A program made the translations under genes and the position numbers. From Anaerolineae bacterium (lineage in GTDB: Bacteria; Chloroflexota; Anaerolineae; JAAEKA01): a stretch of 64,000 bases of DNA. This document shows positions 47,369 through 57,225 of this stretch, piece after piece. Location of the stretch: the NCBI GenBank assembly GCA_049294015.1, contig JBAQCH010000024.1:62226-126225 (forward strand), written 5' to 3'. The notes under the pieces were generated by a model. That model saw only the letters and a list, made by a program, of their open reading frames with translations, made no database searches and had not been told where the DNA came from. Every line of letters starts with the position of its first letter. The stretch's first letter is position 1.

Positions 47369-47447
47369 GGACTCCGCCTTAGTTGCCGGGCACTTGCACT
47401 GGCGCTGGTATGTAGAGGTCAGGCCTTCAAGTGTCCGGCAACTGTCA

Positions 47448-47801
47448 CTAGGCTTCGAAGCGCTGGATCTCCAGCAGGTAGCCGTTGGGGTCGCGCAGGA
47501 AACAGTGATAGATGTTGTATTTCGGGTTGAGCGCGGGCGGATGCTCGAAGATGACGCCCCGCTCGGCCAGCCGAGCGTGCCAGCCGTCTACGTCCTCGGT
47601 CACCAACGTGATGATGATCCCGGACGGCTGCTGGGGGGCATTGGCGCGCTGGCAGAAGCCCAGCAGGCCCTCCTGGCTGACCTGGTAGATGCGACAGTCG
47701 CCCTGGTCTACGGCCAGCGGCAGGCCCAGCACCTGCTCGTAGAAGCGGGCCGTGGCAGGGAGGTCAGCGGTGTAAAGAAAGGTGATCTGTTGGTCGAACA
47801 T
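47448..47801 (-). CDS. VOC/glyoxalase-bleomycin resistance family protein
   Basis: 117 aa; ..ATARFYEQVLGL...GYLLEI.. fold motif. Confidence 0.8.
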   Translation of the reverse strand: MFDQQITFLYTADLPATARFYEQVLGLPLAVDQGDCRIYQVSQEGLLGFCQRANAPQQPSGIIITLVTEDVDGWHARLAERGVIFEHPPALNPKYNIYHCFLRDPNGYLLEIQRFEA

Positions 47802-47864
47802 AGGTTGCTGCTGATCTTGCGCAGACCCTGCGGGTTTCCGAAATTCGCAGGGTCTTTCGGGATT

Positions 47865-49196
47865 TCAAGAAGCCAGCCCGGCCAGCCCGCGCGGCTCGCG
47901 CACCCAGCGGTGCAGCGCGACCAGGCCGGCCAGACAAAACAGTGCGCTGACGGCAAAGAGCGTATCGTAGCTGCGGGTGGCCAGCCAGGCGCCGATCAGC
48001 GGGCTGGCCATGCCCATCAGGCCCAGCGCAGTGTTGATCAGGCCGGTGTAGGTGGGGCGCAGGTCAGCCGGCGAGAACTCCAGCGTGATCATGGTGCCGG
48101 AAACCACGGCGGCGCCTGTGCCCAGGCCCAGCAGGACGAAGACGACGTAGTACCATGCCGGGGTTGGCGCCTGCCAGGCCAGCAGATAGGCGGCAGTCAG
48201 CAGCGCGCAGCTCAGCTCCAGCGGCAGCTTGTGGCCTTTGCGATCGGCCAAGAAGCCCGCGGCGGCATTGGCGACGGTCTGGCCGATCAACAGCGCCAGC
48301 GTGTACAGGCCGACAACGCCATCGGACACCTGCCAACGAGATACCGCCGCCACCGTCAGGAAACCGGCTCCCATGCCGCCCAGCACCAGCAGCAAACGGG
48401 CCAGGATGAAGCGGCGAAAGTTGCCATCGCTGCGCAAAATCTGTGGCAGTCCGGCCCAGAACTGGCTGTTGCTTTGCCGCGGAGCAGTCACCGCTTGCTC
48501 TGGCTCGCGGGCGAAGGCCAGGAAGGCCCAACTGAGGGTGATGAAGAAAGCTGCCAGCGTGAAGGTGGCCACGAAGTTGGTGGGGAAGACCAGCGTGGCC
48601 AGCAGCCAGGCGCTGAAGGTTGCGCCCAGCGCGCCTGTGCCATTGCCCACGAAGGTGGTGATGCCAAAAAAGCGGCCGCGGCGATCGACTGGAAAGATAC
48701 GGGCCACCAGGTCCTGCCAGGCTGTGGCCACGACGCCCGCGCCCACGGCATGGCCTGCGTAGCCCAGGAAGAAGAGCACCAGAGCCAGCGTTGGCGACTC
48801 GACTGCCAGCAGAGCAGCCAAAGGAAGCAGCCACAGCGGCAGCCGTTCGGTGAAGAAGCCCAGGTTGACCACGACGGGTTTGCGGCGCGGCAGGCGCTGG
48901 ACGGTGTTGGCGGTGAAGAGCTGCGGCAGGAACCAGCCGCTGTTGGCGATCACCGCGATCAAGCCAATGGCGAGCTGGCTGCTGGTCAGCTTGCTGACGA
49001 ACAGCGGCACGATGGTGGCGCTGGACATGAAGCTCAAGCCCAGCCAGAAAGTTGCGCCGTCCAGCAGGTTGAAGGCGAAGTTCCAGGGATAGTTGCGTTC
49101 GACCTCGCGGGCCACATCGAGCGCACTACGCGCGGGCGGGGCAGGGTCGGCGCGCAGCAGGCGGCGCATGGCGGATCGAACGTAGAGGTTGAACAT
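47865..49196 (-). CDS. MFS transporter
   Basis: 12 predicted TM segments; ..[10 protein letters not shown].. loop motif between TM2 and TM3. Confidence 0.75.
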   Translation of the reverse strand: MFNLYVRSAMRRLLRADPAPPARSALDVAREVERNYPWNFAFNLLDGATFWLGLSFMSSATIVPLFVSKLTSSQLAIGLIAVIANSGWFLPQLFTANTVQRLPRRKPVVVNLGFFTERLPLWLLPLAALLAVESPTLALVLFFLGYAGHAVGAGVVATAWQDLVARIFPVDRRGRFFGITTFVGNGTGALGATFSAWLLATLVFPTNFVATFTLAAFFITLSWAFLAFAREPEQAVTAPRQSNSQFWAGLPQILRSDGNFRRFILARLLLVLGGMGAGFLTVAAVSRWQVSDGVVGLYTLALLIGQTVANAAAGFLADRKGHKLPLELSCALLTAAYLLAWQAPTPAWYYVVFVLLGLGTGAAVVSGTMITLEFSPADLRPTYTGLINTALGLMGMASPLIGAWLATRSYDTLFAVSALFCLAGLVALHRWVREPRGLAGLAS

Positions 49197-49199
49197 AGG

Positions 49200-49320
49200 A
49201 TCGTGGAACGAGGGGCGGGCAGCGTGAAACGTAAAACGTGACCAGAGAGCAGTCTCGGTCACGTTTCACGGTTCACGCCGTACGGCGGACGCGTCTTGGG
49301 AAGCAGCGCGCAGAAGATCC
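49200..49320 (+). repeat. Palindromic element gtgaaacgtaaaacgtgacc-N13-ggtcacgtttcacggttcacg, sharing GTCACGTT/AACGTGAC half-sites with the REP at 58.6 kb
   Basis: Intergenic between the MFS transporter and FadD genes. Confidence 0.5.
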
Positions 49321-49322
49321 GT

Positions 49323-51017
49323 CTACTTGCTCTTTTCCAGTTCCTCTTTGACCAGCTCACGCCGCAGCACTTTACCGATGGTGCTCTTGGGCAGCTCGGA
49401 ACGGAACTCGACGTAGCGCGGCACCTTGTAGCCGGTCAACTTTTCCTTGCAGAAGTTCTGGATTTCGTCGGCTGTGGCCGCCACGCCAGGCTGCAGGACG
49501 ATCCAGGCCTTGACGGCCTCGGTGGTGCGCGCGTCGGGGATGCCAGCCACGGCAACTTCCATCACCTTGGGATGGGTGGCCAGTACTTCTTCCACCTCGC
49601 GCGGCCAGACCTGGAAGCCAGAGACTTTGACCACGTCCTTCTTGCGGTCGACGATGAAGATGTAGCCGTCCTCGTCCATGTAGCCCAGGTCGCCGGTGAA
49701 CAGCTCGCCGGCCTTGAGCATTTCGGCCGTGGCCTCGGGGCGCTGCCAGTAGCCGCGCATCAATTGCGGCGCCCGGATGACGATCTCGCCCACGTTGCCT
49801 TCGCCTAAGGGCATGTTTTTGCTGTCATCCGCCACATCGGCGATGCGTACGAAGACGTCGGGGACCGGCATACCGATGGAGCCAACCTTGTACTTGCCTT
49901 CGATAGGCGTACAACAGATCGCCATCATCGACTCGGTCAGGGCGTAGCCCTCGACGATGCGGCTGCCGGTCAGCTTCTCGAAGCTTTCCTTGGTGTCTTG
50001 CAGCAGCGCCGACGCGCCGGAGATGCACAGCTTGATCGAGGTCAGGTCAACCTTGCCCTCCTTGACCAGGGGGTGGTTGAGCATGGCGTTGAACATGGTG
50101 GGCACCGAGGGGAAGAAGGTGGCCTTGGTCTTCTCGATGGTCTTCATCACGTCGGGGATGTCGCGCGGGTTGGGCACCAGCGCCATGCCGCCCCGGGCGG
50201 TGAAGGCGGCCATCTGCACGCCGGCGTTGGCGAAGACGTGGAAGAGCGGCAGCGCGGTCAGGAAGACGTCGTCCCACTCGTGCAGGATGTTCTGGAACCA
50301 GGCGAAGATCTGCTTGCCCGACATCACCAGTCCTTCGTGCGAGCCTACGGCAGCCTTGGACAGACCCGTGGTGCCGCCGGTGAAGAGGATGATCGCGTTG
50401 TCGCTGGGAGTCACTGTCACGCTGGGCCGGCCGGAGCCCTTGTTCTGCTTCAGCAGATCCTTGAACCAGAAGTCGCCTGGCTGCAAGTCAATGCGATGGC
50501 CTTCTTTCTTCTCCTTGGCCAGGGTGAAGAGCAGGCGTATCACGAAAGGAAGATACTCCCTGACGCCGGCGGCAATGACACGCTTGACCTTGGTCTTGCT
50601 CTGCACGTTCTTGATCTTGTTGTAGAACGTGGTCATCGCTACGACCGTTTCGGCGCCGCACTCGTTGAGTGCGTGCTCCATCTCATACTCGGTGTAGAGG
50701 GGGTTGATGCAAGCCGCCACCGCGCCGGCTTTCCAAACACCGAACTCCGCAATGACAAATTGCGGAATGTTGGGCATCACCAGCGCGACGCGGTCGCCCT
50801 TCTTGATGCCCATCGCGATCAGCGCGTTGGCGAATTGATCGCTCAATCGGTCCAACTGGCTATAGCTGATCTTGGTGCCCTTGAAATACAGGGCCATGTG
50901 ATTGGGGCGCAAGCTGACTGTCTCGCGCACGACGTCGATCATGGTCTGTTGCAGGTAGGGCTGCAATGTGGCCGGCACGCCCTTGTCGTAGTTGTTCAAC
51001 CAGGGTTTGTTGTCCAT
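49323..51017 (-). CDS. Long-chain fatty acid--CoA ligase (AMP-binding, FadD-like)
   Basis: AMP-binding motifs ..LFTGGTTGLSKAAV.. and ..GELFTGDLGYMDEDGYIFIVDRKKD..; start refined to MDNKPWLNNYDKGVP. Confidence 0.85.
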   Translation of the reverse strand: MDNKPWLNNYDKGVPATLQPYLQQTMIDVVRETVSLRPNHMALYFKGTKISYSQLDRLSDQFANALIAMGIKKGDRVALVMPNIPQFVIAEFGVWKAGAVAACINPLYTEYEMEHALNECGAETVVAMTTFYNKIKNVQSKTKVKRVIAAGVREYLPFVIRLLFTLAKEKKEGHRIDLQPGDFWFKDLLKQNKGSGRPSVTVTPSDNAIILFTGGTTGLSKAAVGSHEGLVMSGKQIFAWFQNILHEWDDVFLTALPLFHVFANAGVQMAAFTARGGMALVPNPRDIPDVMKTIEKTKATFFPSVPTMFNAMLNHPLVKEGKVDLTSIKLCISGASALLQDTKESFEKLTGSRIVEGYALTESMMAICCTPIEGKYKVGSIGMPVPDVFVRIADVADDSKNMPLGEGNVGEIVIRAPQLMRGYWQRPEATAEMLKAGELFTGDLGYMDEDGYIFIVDRKKDVVKVSGFQVWPREVEEVLATHPKVMEVAVAGIPDARTTEAVKAWIVLQPGVAATADEIQNFCKEKLTGYKVPRYVEFRSELPKSTIGKVLRRELVKEELEKSK

Positions 51018-51249
51018 GAAACCGTTTTTTCCTCCTAAGCGCCAAGGCTGATTTGGTTGATTTGACACCCCTGAGTTGGTCAGAGATGCATGCGACGGTG
51101 AAATGGGCAGAGGGTAAGCCCGCGTTGCCAAGACAGCGACCAGCTGCGCAGCGTTCCTGCTCAACTATACCAGAACCAACAGCGGTTTGTCAATACTCAA
51201 CCTGAGATCGCGGTATTCGGGACATCGTCGATCGGCAGGCTCGCAGTGG

Positions 51250-52440
51250 CTATACGGACTTTCTGCGACCTGACACCTCCACCCAGACAGCGATCAGAAC
51301 TCCGACGATCAGTCCGGCTACGGCTGCGGTAGCCAACAGCCCTAACAAAGGTGCGCGCACGTGGGCTACGATGGGGTCCAGACTGCCCACAACGGTCAGC
51401 AGGCTGGGATCGGCGCGCTCTTGAAGCTGTAGCTCATTGACCTTGCGGAACATTATCTGATAGAGATCTCTGGCCTGGTTGCGCTCCCGGAAGATCAGCT
51501 CGAAATCGTACCAGTCGCTAGCCAATGTATCCCGGAGCTGGCTGGCCTCTTCTTCCAGCGCAGTGGCTGTGGCCTGCAAGGCGTTTTCTTCTTGGCTCAG
51601 CAGCTCCAGCAGCGCGGCTGGGGTGTCCAGGTTGGCGCGTGCGATCTCTGGGGAGATCAGCTCACGCTGGCTGAGCACCGGCCCTGCCAACAGTTCCCAC
51701 GGCAATTGCGTCAAATCGGTGTCGGCCGTCGCTTCTGCCAACTTGCCCCGCAGCAGGCGGATGTTCTGCAGATCCACCAGATAATCGGCTAAGATCTCGG
51801 TGACCTGATTGGTCTGCTGCAAGTTGATGCTGGGCTTCATGATCTCGTCAGGAATCGCGCTGTGGCTGTAGATGCCCGTGCGCGACCGGGTCTCAGCCAG
51901 CGCAGTCTCCATCTGCAACATGGTTGCCTCCAGGTCCTGAAGCTCTGCCTGGAAAACAGCCAGATCCTTGGCTGCCCCGTAGACATCGCGCGCCGAGGCG
52001 ATCAGCGCTTGGGTCCAGGCGCGCGCGTAGGCGGCGGCCCGCTCGGCGTCGTCAGCGGTGGCGGTGACGACGATGGTATTGCCGTCGCCTGCACGCACGG
52101 CCACGGCGCTGGTCAACGCTTGGGGTGTGATGGCCGGCTCCAACCCGGCCGCTTCCAACGTCTTGGCGGCGGCCTGGGCGATTTCATCGCTGCGCGCAAT
52201 CGCCAGTATCTCGCGCTGAAAATCGCGGCGCTGGTCGGTAATCGCGGTGATCTCGTTGGCAAAGCGCCACTGGTAACGCGGCGACTGCACCAGCAGGGTA
52301 TTGCTGGCTTCGTAAGGCCGGCCCTGAGCCAGGCCGATACCTGCGGCAACGACCAGAGCCAAGGCCATGCACAGCAGGATGATCCACCAGCGGCGGCGCA
52401 ACGCGGCCTTGAAAAGTGAGAAATCGATTTCGCTGGACAT
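51250..52440 (-). CDS. Polysaccharide chain-length determinant-like (Wzz/PCP/GumC-type) protein, two TM segments flanking a coiled-coil periplasmic domain
   Basis: N-terminal TM after a basic stretch (RRRWWIILLCMALALVVAAGI), long coiled-coil, C-terminal TM (LLATAAVAGLIVGVLIAVWV); no kinase domain. Confidence 0.5.
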   Translation of the reverse strand: MSSEIDFSLFKAALRRRWWIILLCMALALVVAAGIGLAQGRPYEASNTLLVQSPRYQWRFANEITAITDQRRDFQREILAIARSDEIAQAAAKTLEAAGLEPAITPQALTSAVAVRAGDGNTIVVTATADDAERAAAYARAWTQALIASARDVYGAAKDLAVFQAELQDLEATMLQMETALAETRSRTGIYSHSAIPDEIMKPSINLQQTNQVTEILADYLVDLQNIRLLRGKLAEATADTDLTQLPWELLAGPVLSQRELISPEIARANLDTPAALLELLSQEENALQATATALEEEASQLRDTLASDWYDFELIFRERNQARDLYQIMFRKVNELQLQERADPSLLTVVGSLDPIVAHVRAPLLGLLATAAVAGLIVGVLIAVWVEVSGRRKSV

Positions 52441-52638
52441 AGAATTCCTTCAGGACTTTCGCAAAACTCTGGTCGAGCAGGCCGCCGTATCGAGATCCAC
52501 CGGGGCGTATCGAGACTGGTTTAGCCTAAGTCCTGTCCTTCCTTGGGTTGACAGGGAGCGATTATAGCATAGAACAAGAGCAAGAGCAATGCTGTGATAC
52601 TTGCGGCCAGCCTAACAGTTGGCTTATACTAAGGACGA

Positions 52639-54051
52639 TTGTGTCTGGATACTGTTCCAACGTCCGGCGACAGACACAGCCAGCTCATCCTCATATCGGC
52701 CTGGAGTAACGGTTTGTTAGCCATTTTTGCGGTCATCACTGCGCTACTGCTGATCAACGCCCTCTACGTGGCTGCCGAGTTTGCCACCTTGAGCAGCCGG
52801 CGCTCGCGCCTGGCTCAGATGGCCGAAGAGGGCAACCGCCTGGCAGGCATGATCCTGCCCATTGTCGAAGAGCCGCGCCGCCTTGATACGTACATCGCAG
52901 CCTGCCAGTTAGGCATCACCTTGTCCAGCCTGGTGCTGGGCTTCTACGCCCAGGCCGCGCTGAGCAGCGTGGTGGCGCCCTGGCTGGAGCATTTGGGCAT
53001 CTCGTCGGGCGTGGCTGCGCTGTCCTTGTCGGCCACAGTGATTCTGCTGGTCCTGACCGGCTTTCAGGTGGTGATCGGCGAGCTGGTCCCCAAGAACATC
53101 GCCGTGCAGTATCCAGAGCGGCTGGCGCTGCTGACGGCTGTCCCGCTGCGCTGGTCCATGATCGTCTTTCGCCCTTTGATCTGGCTGTTCAACGGCAGCG
53201 GCCAGTTGATTCTCAAACTGCTGGGGGTGGAGCCAACCCGGGAGCACGTCCACATCCACACGGCTGACGAGATCGCCATCCTGGTGGAGGAGAGCGGCGC
53301 CGGCGGCGTGCTGGACAAGCAGGAGCGGCGCCTGATCGAAAACACCCTGTGGATGCGCCGCTCCAGCGTGCGGCAGATCATGGTGCCCCGCACGCGCGTG
53401 CTGGCCGCGCCGGTTGACACCCCGTGCGACCAGTTGTTCAGCCAGCTTGCCAGCTCCTACTTCTCGCGCCTGCCCCTCTACACTGGCAGCATCGACAACA
53501 TTGTCGGCATCGTGCATTTGAAGGATCTGCTGTGCCTGTACGCTCAGCCCGGCCGAGAGTGCGCCGACGCGCGCCAGGTGATGGCGCCGGCTCTGTTCAT
53601 CCCCGAATCGATGGCGGCCGACGAGGCCTTCGCCTTGTTGCAGACCAGGCGTTACCACGTCGCGGTCGTCCTGGATGAGTTCGGCGGCACCGCTGGCATT
53701 GTCACACTGGAGGACCTGATCGAAGAGATCTTCGGCGAGGTGCAGGACGAGTTCGACCAGGAAGTGCCGCTGTTTCGCGTCCTGCCCGGCAACCGGGTGT
53801 TGGTGCGCTGGGACTGGCTGATCGAAGACCTGAACGAGTTGCTCAATCTGCGCCTGCCCAGCGCAGAAGCCGATACCATCGGCGGCCTGGTACTGAACGA
53901 ACTGGCCCATGTGCCCGAAGTCGGCGAGATCGTCGAGGTGGCCGGCGTGCCGCTGCGGGTCGAGCGCGTCGAGGGCAAGGGCGTGGCCGCAGTCAGCCTG
54001 CCAGCCACGCCTGATCAGGTGGAGCGCATGCGCGAGGAGACCGCCTCATGA
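52639..54051 (+). CDS. CNNM/CorC/TlyC-family protein (DUF21 TM domain, CBS pair, CorC_HlyC)
   Basis: ..INALYVAAEFA.. DUF21 start, CBS pair, C-terminal transporter-associated domain. Confidence 0.8.
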   Translation: MCLDTVPTSGDRHSQLILISAWSNGLLAIFAVITALLLINALYVAAEFATLSSRRSRLAQMAEEGNRLAGMILPIVEEPRRLDTYIAACQLGITLSSLVLGFYAQAALSSVVAPWLEHLGISSGVAALSLSATVILLVLTGFQVVIGELVPKNIAVQYPERLALLTAVPLRWSMIVFRPLIWLFNGSGQLILKLLGVEPTREHVHIHTADEIAILVEESGAGGVLDKQERRLIENTLWMRRSSVRQIMVPRTRVLAAPVDTPCDQLFSQLASSYFSRLPLYTGSIDNIVGIVHLKDLLCLYAQPGRECADARQVMAPALFIPESMAADEAFALLQTRRYHVAVVLDEFGGTAGIVTLEDLIEEIFGEVQDEFDQEVPLFRVLPGNRVLVRWDWLIEDLNELLNLRLPSAEADTIGGLVLNELAHVPEVGEIVEVAGVPLRVERVEGKGVAAVSLPATPDQVERMREETAS

Positions 54052-55382
54052 GCGAGTATCTGGTTCCCCTCCTGATCATTAGCTTTCTGATCCTGCTCAA
54101 CGGACTGTTCGTGGCGGCGGAGTTCGCCATTATCGCTGCGCCGCGCACGATTCTGACCCAGGCGGCCGAGCGCGGTTCGAGCTCGGCCAGCAATGTGCTG
54201 CGCATTCTGGCCAATCCGGCGCAGCAGAACCGTTACCTGGCCACGGCCCAGATCGGCATTACCATTGCCAGTCTCGGCCTGGGCATGTACGGTGAGCACA
54301 CGGTGGCTGAGTGGCTGTACGGCCCGCTCAGCCGCATCACCCCGCTGGCCGAGCCGCTGGCGCACAGCGTTGCCACCGTCCTGGCCCTCGGCGTGTTGAC
54401 CTATCTGCACGTGGTGTTGGGCGAGATGGTGCCCAAGTCGCTGGCAATTCAATATGCTGACAGCTCGGTGCTGCGGCTGGATGCGCCGATGCGTGTCATG
54501 CGCAAGATCTTTGCGCCGGTCGTCCTGGTGCTCAACGGCATCGGCAACGGCGTCGTACGTTTGATGGGGATTCCGCCGGTCAACGCGCAGGCCCGTCTGT
54601 TCTCGGCTGAAGAGCTGGAGTACCTGATGGACGAGAGCGCGGAGGTCGGGTTGATGGAGCCAGCCGAGCAGCTCTTCATCGAAAACATCTTCGACCTGCG
54701 CCAGCGCACGGTGGGCCAGGTAATGACGCGGCGCAAGCAGGTCCTGGGCCTGCCCATTACCGCCGGCGAGCAGGAGACGTTGCGCTTCGTCTGTCAGGAG
54801 CGCCACTCGCGCTATCCCGTCTACGCCAAGGGGCTGGACGACATCGTCGGCGTGCTGCACGTCAAAACCCTGGCCCGCCAGCAGGCCAACCGCGACAGCC
54901 AGCCCTTCGACCTGCGCCAGCTCGCGCGGCCCGTGGCTTATGTGCCCGAATCACTGCCCCTCGATGAGATGTTGACCCGCTTTCGCCGTGATCGCCGCCA
55001 ACTGGCCATCGTGGTAGACGAATACGGCGGCACGGCTGGCCTGGTGACGCTGGAGGATATCATCGAAGAGGTGGTGGGCGAGATTCTGGACGAGTTCGAC
55101 CAGGAGATCGCGCCGCTGGAGCGGCTGAGCGAGAGCCTGCTGCGGGTGCGCGGCGACCTGCTGGTGGATGAGCTAAACCAACTCTGCGACCTGGCGCTGG
55201 CGCACCCCGAGGCCGACACCGTGGGCGGCCTGGTGATGGCAAGCCTGGGCCGCGTGGCCGCGCAAGGGGACAGCATCGCCGTCGACGGCGTGACGCTGGA
55301 GGTCGAGGCGGTGGAGGGACTGACGGTGCAGACGGTGTTGGTGCGCTTGCCAGCGGCGGAAAATGCTCACGATATAGGATGA
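54048..55382 (+). CDS. Second CNNM/CorC/TlyC-family paralog in tandem
   Basis: ..LNGLFVAAEFAIIAAPR..; same architecture; ATGA overlap with the upstream paralog. Confidence 0.8.
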   Translation: MSEYLVPLLIISFLILLNGLFVAAEFAIIAAPRTILTQAAERGSSSASNVLRILANPAQQNRYLATAQIGITIASLGLGMYGEHTVAEWLYGPLSRITPLAEPLAHSVATVLALGVLTYLHVVLGEMVPKSLAIQYADSSVLRLDAPMRVMRKIFAPVVLVLNGIGNGVVRLMGIPPVNAQARLFSAEELEYLMDESAEVGLMEPAEQLFIENIFDLRQRTVGQVMTRRKQVLGLPITAGEQETLRFVCQERHSRYPVYAKGLDDIVGVLHVKTLARQQANRDSQPFDLRQLARPVAYVPESLPLDEMLTRFRRDRRQLAIVVDEYGGTAGLVTLEDIIEEVVGEILDEFDQEIAPLERLSESLLRVRGDLLVDELNQLCDLALAHPEADTVGGLVMASLGRVAAQGDSIAVDGVTLEVEAVEGLTVQTVLVRLPAAENAHDIG

Positions 55383-55412
55383 TGTTGGGTGTGATTCGCG
55401 TGTTTTGGATCT

Positions 55413-55440
55413 TGACAAATGCCACCCCTGGGGTTACAAT
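55413..55440 (+). promoter_or_regulatory. Near-consensus sigma70 promoter for higBA (TTGACA-16-TACAAT)
   Basis: cttgacaaatgccacccctggggttacaat about 80 nt upstream of higB; GAGG RBS before the ATG. Confidence 0.5.
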
Positions 55441-55522
55441 CAGATTGTGACTGCAACCTCGGTTGTTGACAGCAAAGGATGGAGGACACAACCTATGAAG
55501 AACTACAAAGAGGTAGCATCCG

Positions 55523-55801
55523 ATGATTAGGTCGTTCCGTCACAAAGGTCTGGAAGAGTTCTTTTATGACGGAACAAAAAAGGGTATACAACCCAAGCAG
55601 GCCAATCGATTGGCAGACATTCTGGATGCGCTTGAGGCAGCTACATCAATCCAGGATGCTAACTTTCCAGGCTCTGGATTACATCTGTTGCAGCCCAGGA
55701 CCGAAAATAGATGGGCAGTGAAAGTCTCCGGAAACTGGAGAGTCACCTTCCGGTTCGAGAATGGAGACGTTCATCAGTTAGATTATGAGGATTATCATTG
55801 A
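55523..55801 (+). CDS. higB: HigB-like toxin (RelE/ParE superfamily, plasmid maintenance system killer)
   Basis: MIRSFRHKGLEEFFYDGTKKGIQPKQANRL...NWRVTFRFENGDVHQLDYEDYH. Confidence 0.8.
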   Translation: MIRSFRHKGLEEFFYDGTKKGIQPKQANRLADILDALEAATSIQDANFPGSGLHLLQPRTENRWAVKVSGNWRVTFRFENGDVHQLDYEDYH

Positions 55802-56121
55802 CTATGAGCACCAGGAATAGGCCGCCGGCGCATCCCGGCCGGATTCTGAAGAACCTTTATCTGTCGCCGTTGGGTGTAACGAACACGCAGTTGGCCGAGG
55901 CCCTGGGGGTTTCGCGCAAGGCGATTTCGGCCATCGTCAACGAGCGCAAGTCGGTCACTCCTGAGATGGCTCTCCGTTTTTCGCGCGCTTTTCCCAACAC
56001 TGCGCCGGAGTTCTGGCTGAACCTGCAGCGGACCTACGACCTTTGGCACGCAACTCAAAAATCACAAGATTGGCAGCAGGTGAGGTCATTGATGGGATCG
56101 TTGGCTGATGCGCCTGCTTAG
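55798..56121 (+). CDS. higA: HigA antitoxin (XRE-family HTH)
   Basis: ..HPGRILKNLYLSPLGVTNTQLAEALGVSRKAISAIVNERKSVTPEMALRFSRAF..; overlaps the higB stop. Confidence 0.8.
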   Translation: MTMSTRNRPPAHPGRILKNLYLSPLGVTNTQLAEALGVSRKAISAIVNERKSVTPEMALRFSRAFPNTAPEFWLNLQRTYDLWHATQKSQDWQQVRSLMGSLADAPA

Positions 56122-56344
56122 GTTCGAAAAGACACCAGGCGTTTCCGGCGGCGAGGCATGTCTCGTGGGGACGCGTATTCCTATTTGGATCTTGGAGGGC
56201 TATCGCCGGCTGGGATGGAGCGAGGCTGAGATTCTTGAAAACTATCCCACGCTGCGGGTTAGCGACCTGGCGCAAGCGTGGGCTTATGTCTCTGCCCATC
56301 GATTCGAGATTGATCAGGCTATACTTGCGAACGAAGAGGCTTGA
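56108..56344 (+). CDS. DUF433-domain protein (second copy in the window), no obvious partner
   Basis: ..GGEACLVGTRIPIWILEGYRRLGWSEAEILENYPTL.. DUF433 signature. Confidence 0.6.
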   Translation: MRLLRFEKTPGVSGGEACLVGTRIPIWILEGYRRLGWSEAEILENYPTLRVSDLAQAWAYVSAHRFEIDQAILANEEA

Positions 56345-56406
56345 TCCATGACCCTGTTGTAAGCCAACGAGAATTTTCCGCTCAAGGTTTTTCGTTCCCC
56401 AGGATA

Positions 56407-57225
56407 ATGTCAGCAACACCTTCTATCGTAGATCAGCATCATCTGAAGACGCTGCAATACAAAGATGCCGCCAACCTGACCGCGCGCAGCTCGCTGCACG
56501 AGCGCTTTAGCACCAACAAGACCGGCTGGTTCACCTGGGTGTTCGACCAACTGGCGGACTTGCCGGAGCAGAGTCGCGTCCTGGAGCTAGGCTGCGGGCC
56601 GGCCTGGCTGTGGCGGCACAATCGCGACCGCATACCGACGGGCTGGCGCGTGCTGCTCACCGACCTCTCGCCGGGGATGGTCGACCAAGCCCGCGCCAAT
56701 CTGTCGGACCAGAACGCAGCGCAGTTCGACTTCGACGTGATCGACGCGCAGGCGATCCCTTACGGCGACGCCAGCTTCGACGCCATCGTGGCCAACCACA
56801 TGCTCTACCACGTGCCTGACCGGCCGCGGGCGTTCTCCGAGATTCGTCGCGTGCTCAGACCGGGCGGCCAATTCTTCGCTGCTGCCAACGGCCAGGGTCA
56901 CATGGCCGAGTTGTGGGACATGGTCTTGCAAGCGGCCGGTGCAGGCCGCGGCGCCAACCGCTCGGATCTGCATTTCGGCCTGGAGAACGGCAGCGAACAG
57001 TTGACGCCCTGGTTCTCCAGCGTCGAGCGCCGTGATTACCCCGACGCATTGCTCGTCACGGAAGCTGAGCCGCTGATCGCCTACGCTGCCAGCAGCGAGC
57101 TGTGGGGGGTCCAGGGGGATACTGAAGCAACCAGATTGCTGGCCGAGCGCGTCCAGCAGCAGCTTGCCAACGAGGGCGTGATCCGGATTACCAAGAACTC
57201 AGGGATGCTCGTGGCGCACACATGA
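56407..57225 (+). CDS. Class I SAM-dependent methyltransferase
   Basis: Motif I VLELGCGPAWLW, ..MLYHVPD..; start uncertain (56341 or 56407). Confidence 0.7.
   Translation: MSATPSIVDQHHLKTLQYKDAANLTARSSLHERFSTNKTGWFTWVFDQLADLPEQSRVLELGCGPAWLWRHNRDRIPTGWRVLLTDLSPGMVDQARANLSDQNAAQFDFDVIDAQAIPYGDASFDAIVANHMLYHVPDRPRAFSEIRRVLRPGGQFFAAANGQGHMAELWDMVLQAAGAGRGANRSDLHFGLENGSEQLTPWFSSVERRDYPDALLVTEAEPLIAYAASSELWGVQGDTEATRLLAERVQQQLANEGVIRITKNSGMLVAHT

Noticed and set aside
47334-49241. 635-aa plus-strand ORF opposite the MFS transporter and VOC genes
   Set aside because: Low-complexity Gly/Arg/Gln-rich translation; the opposite strand encodes a plausible 12-TM MFS protein.
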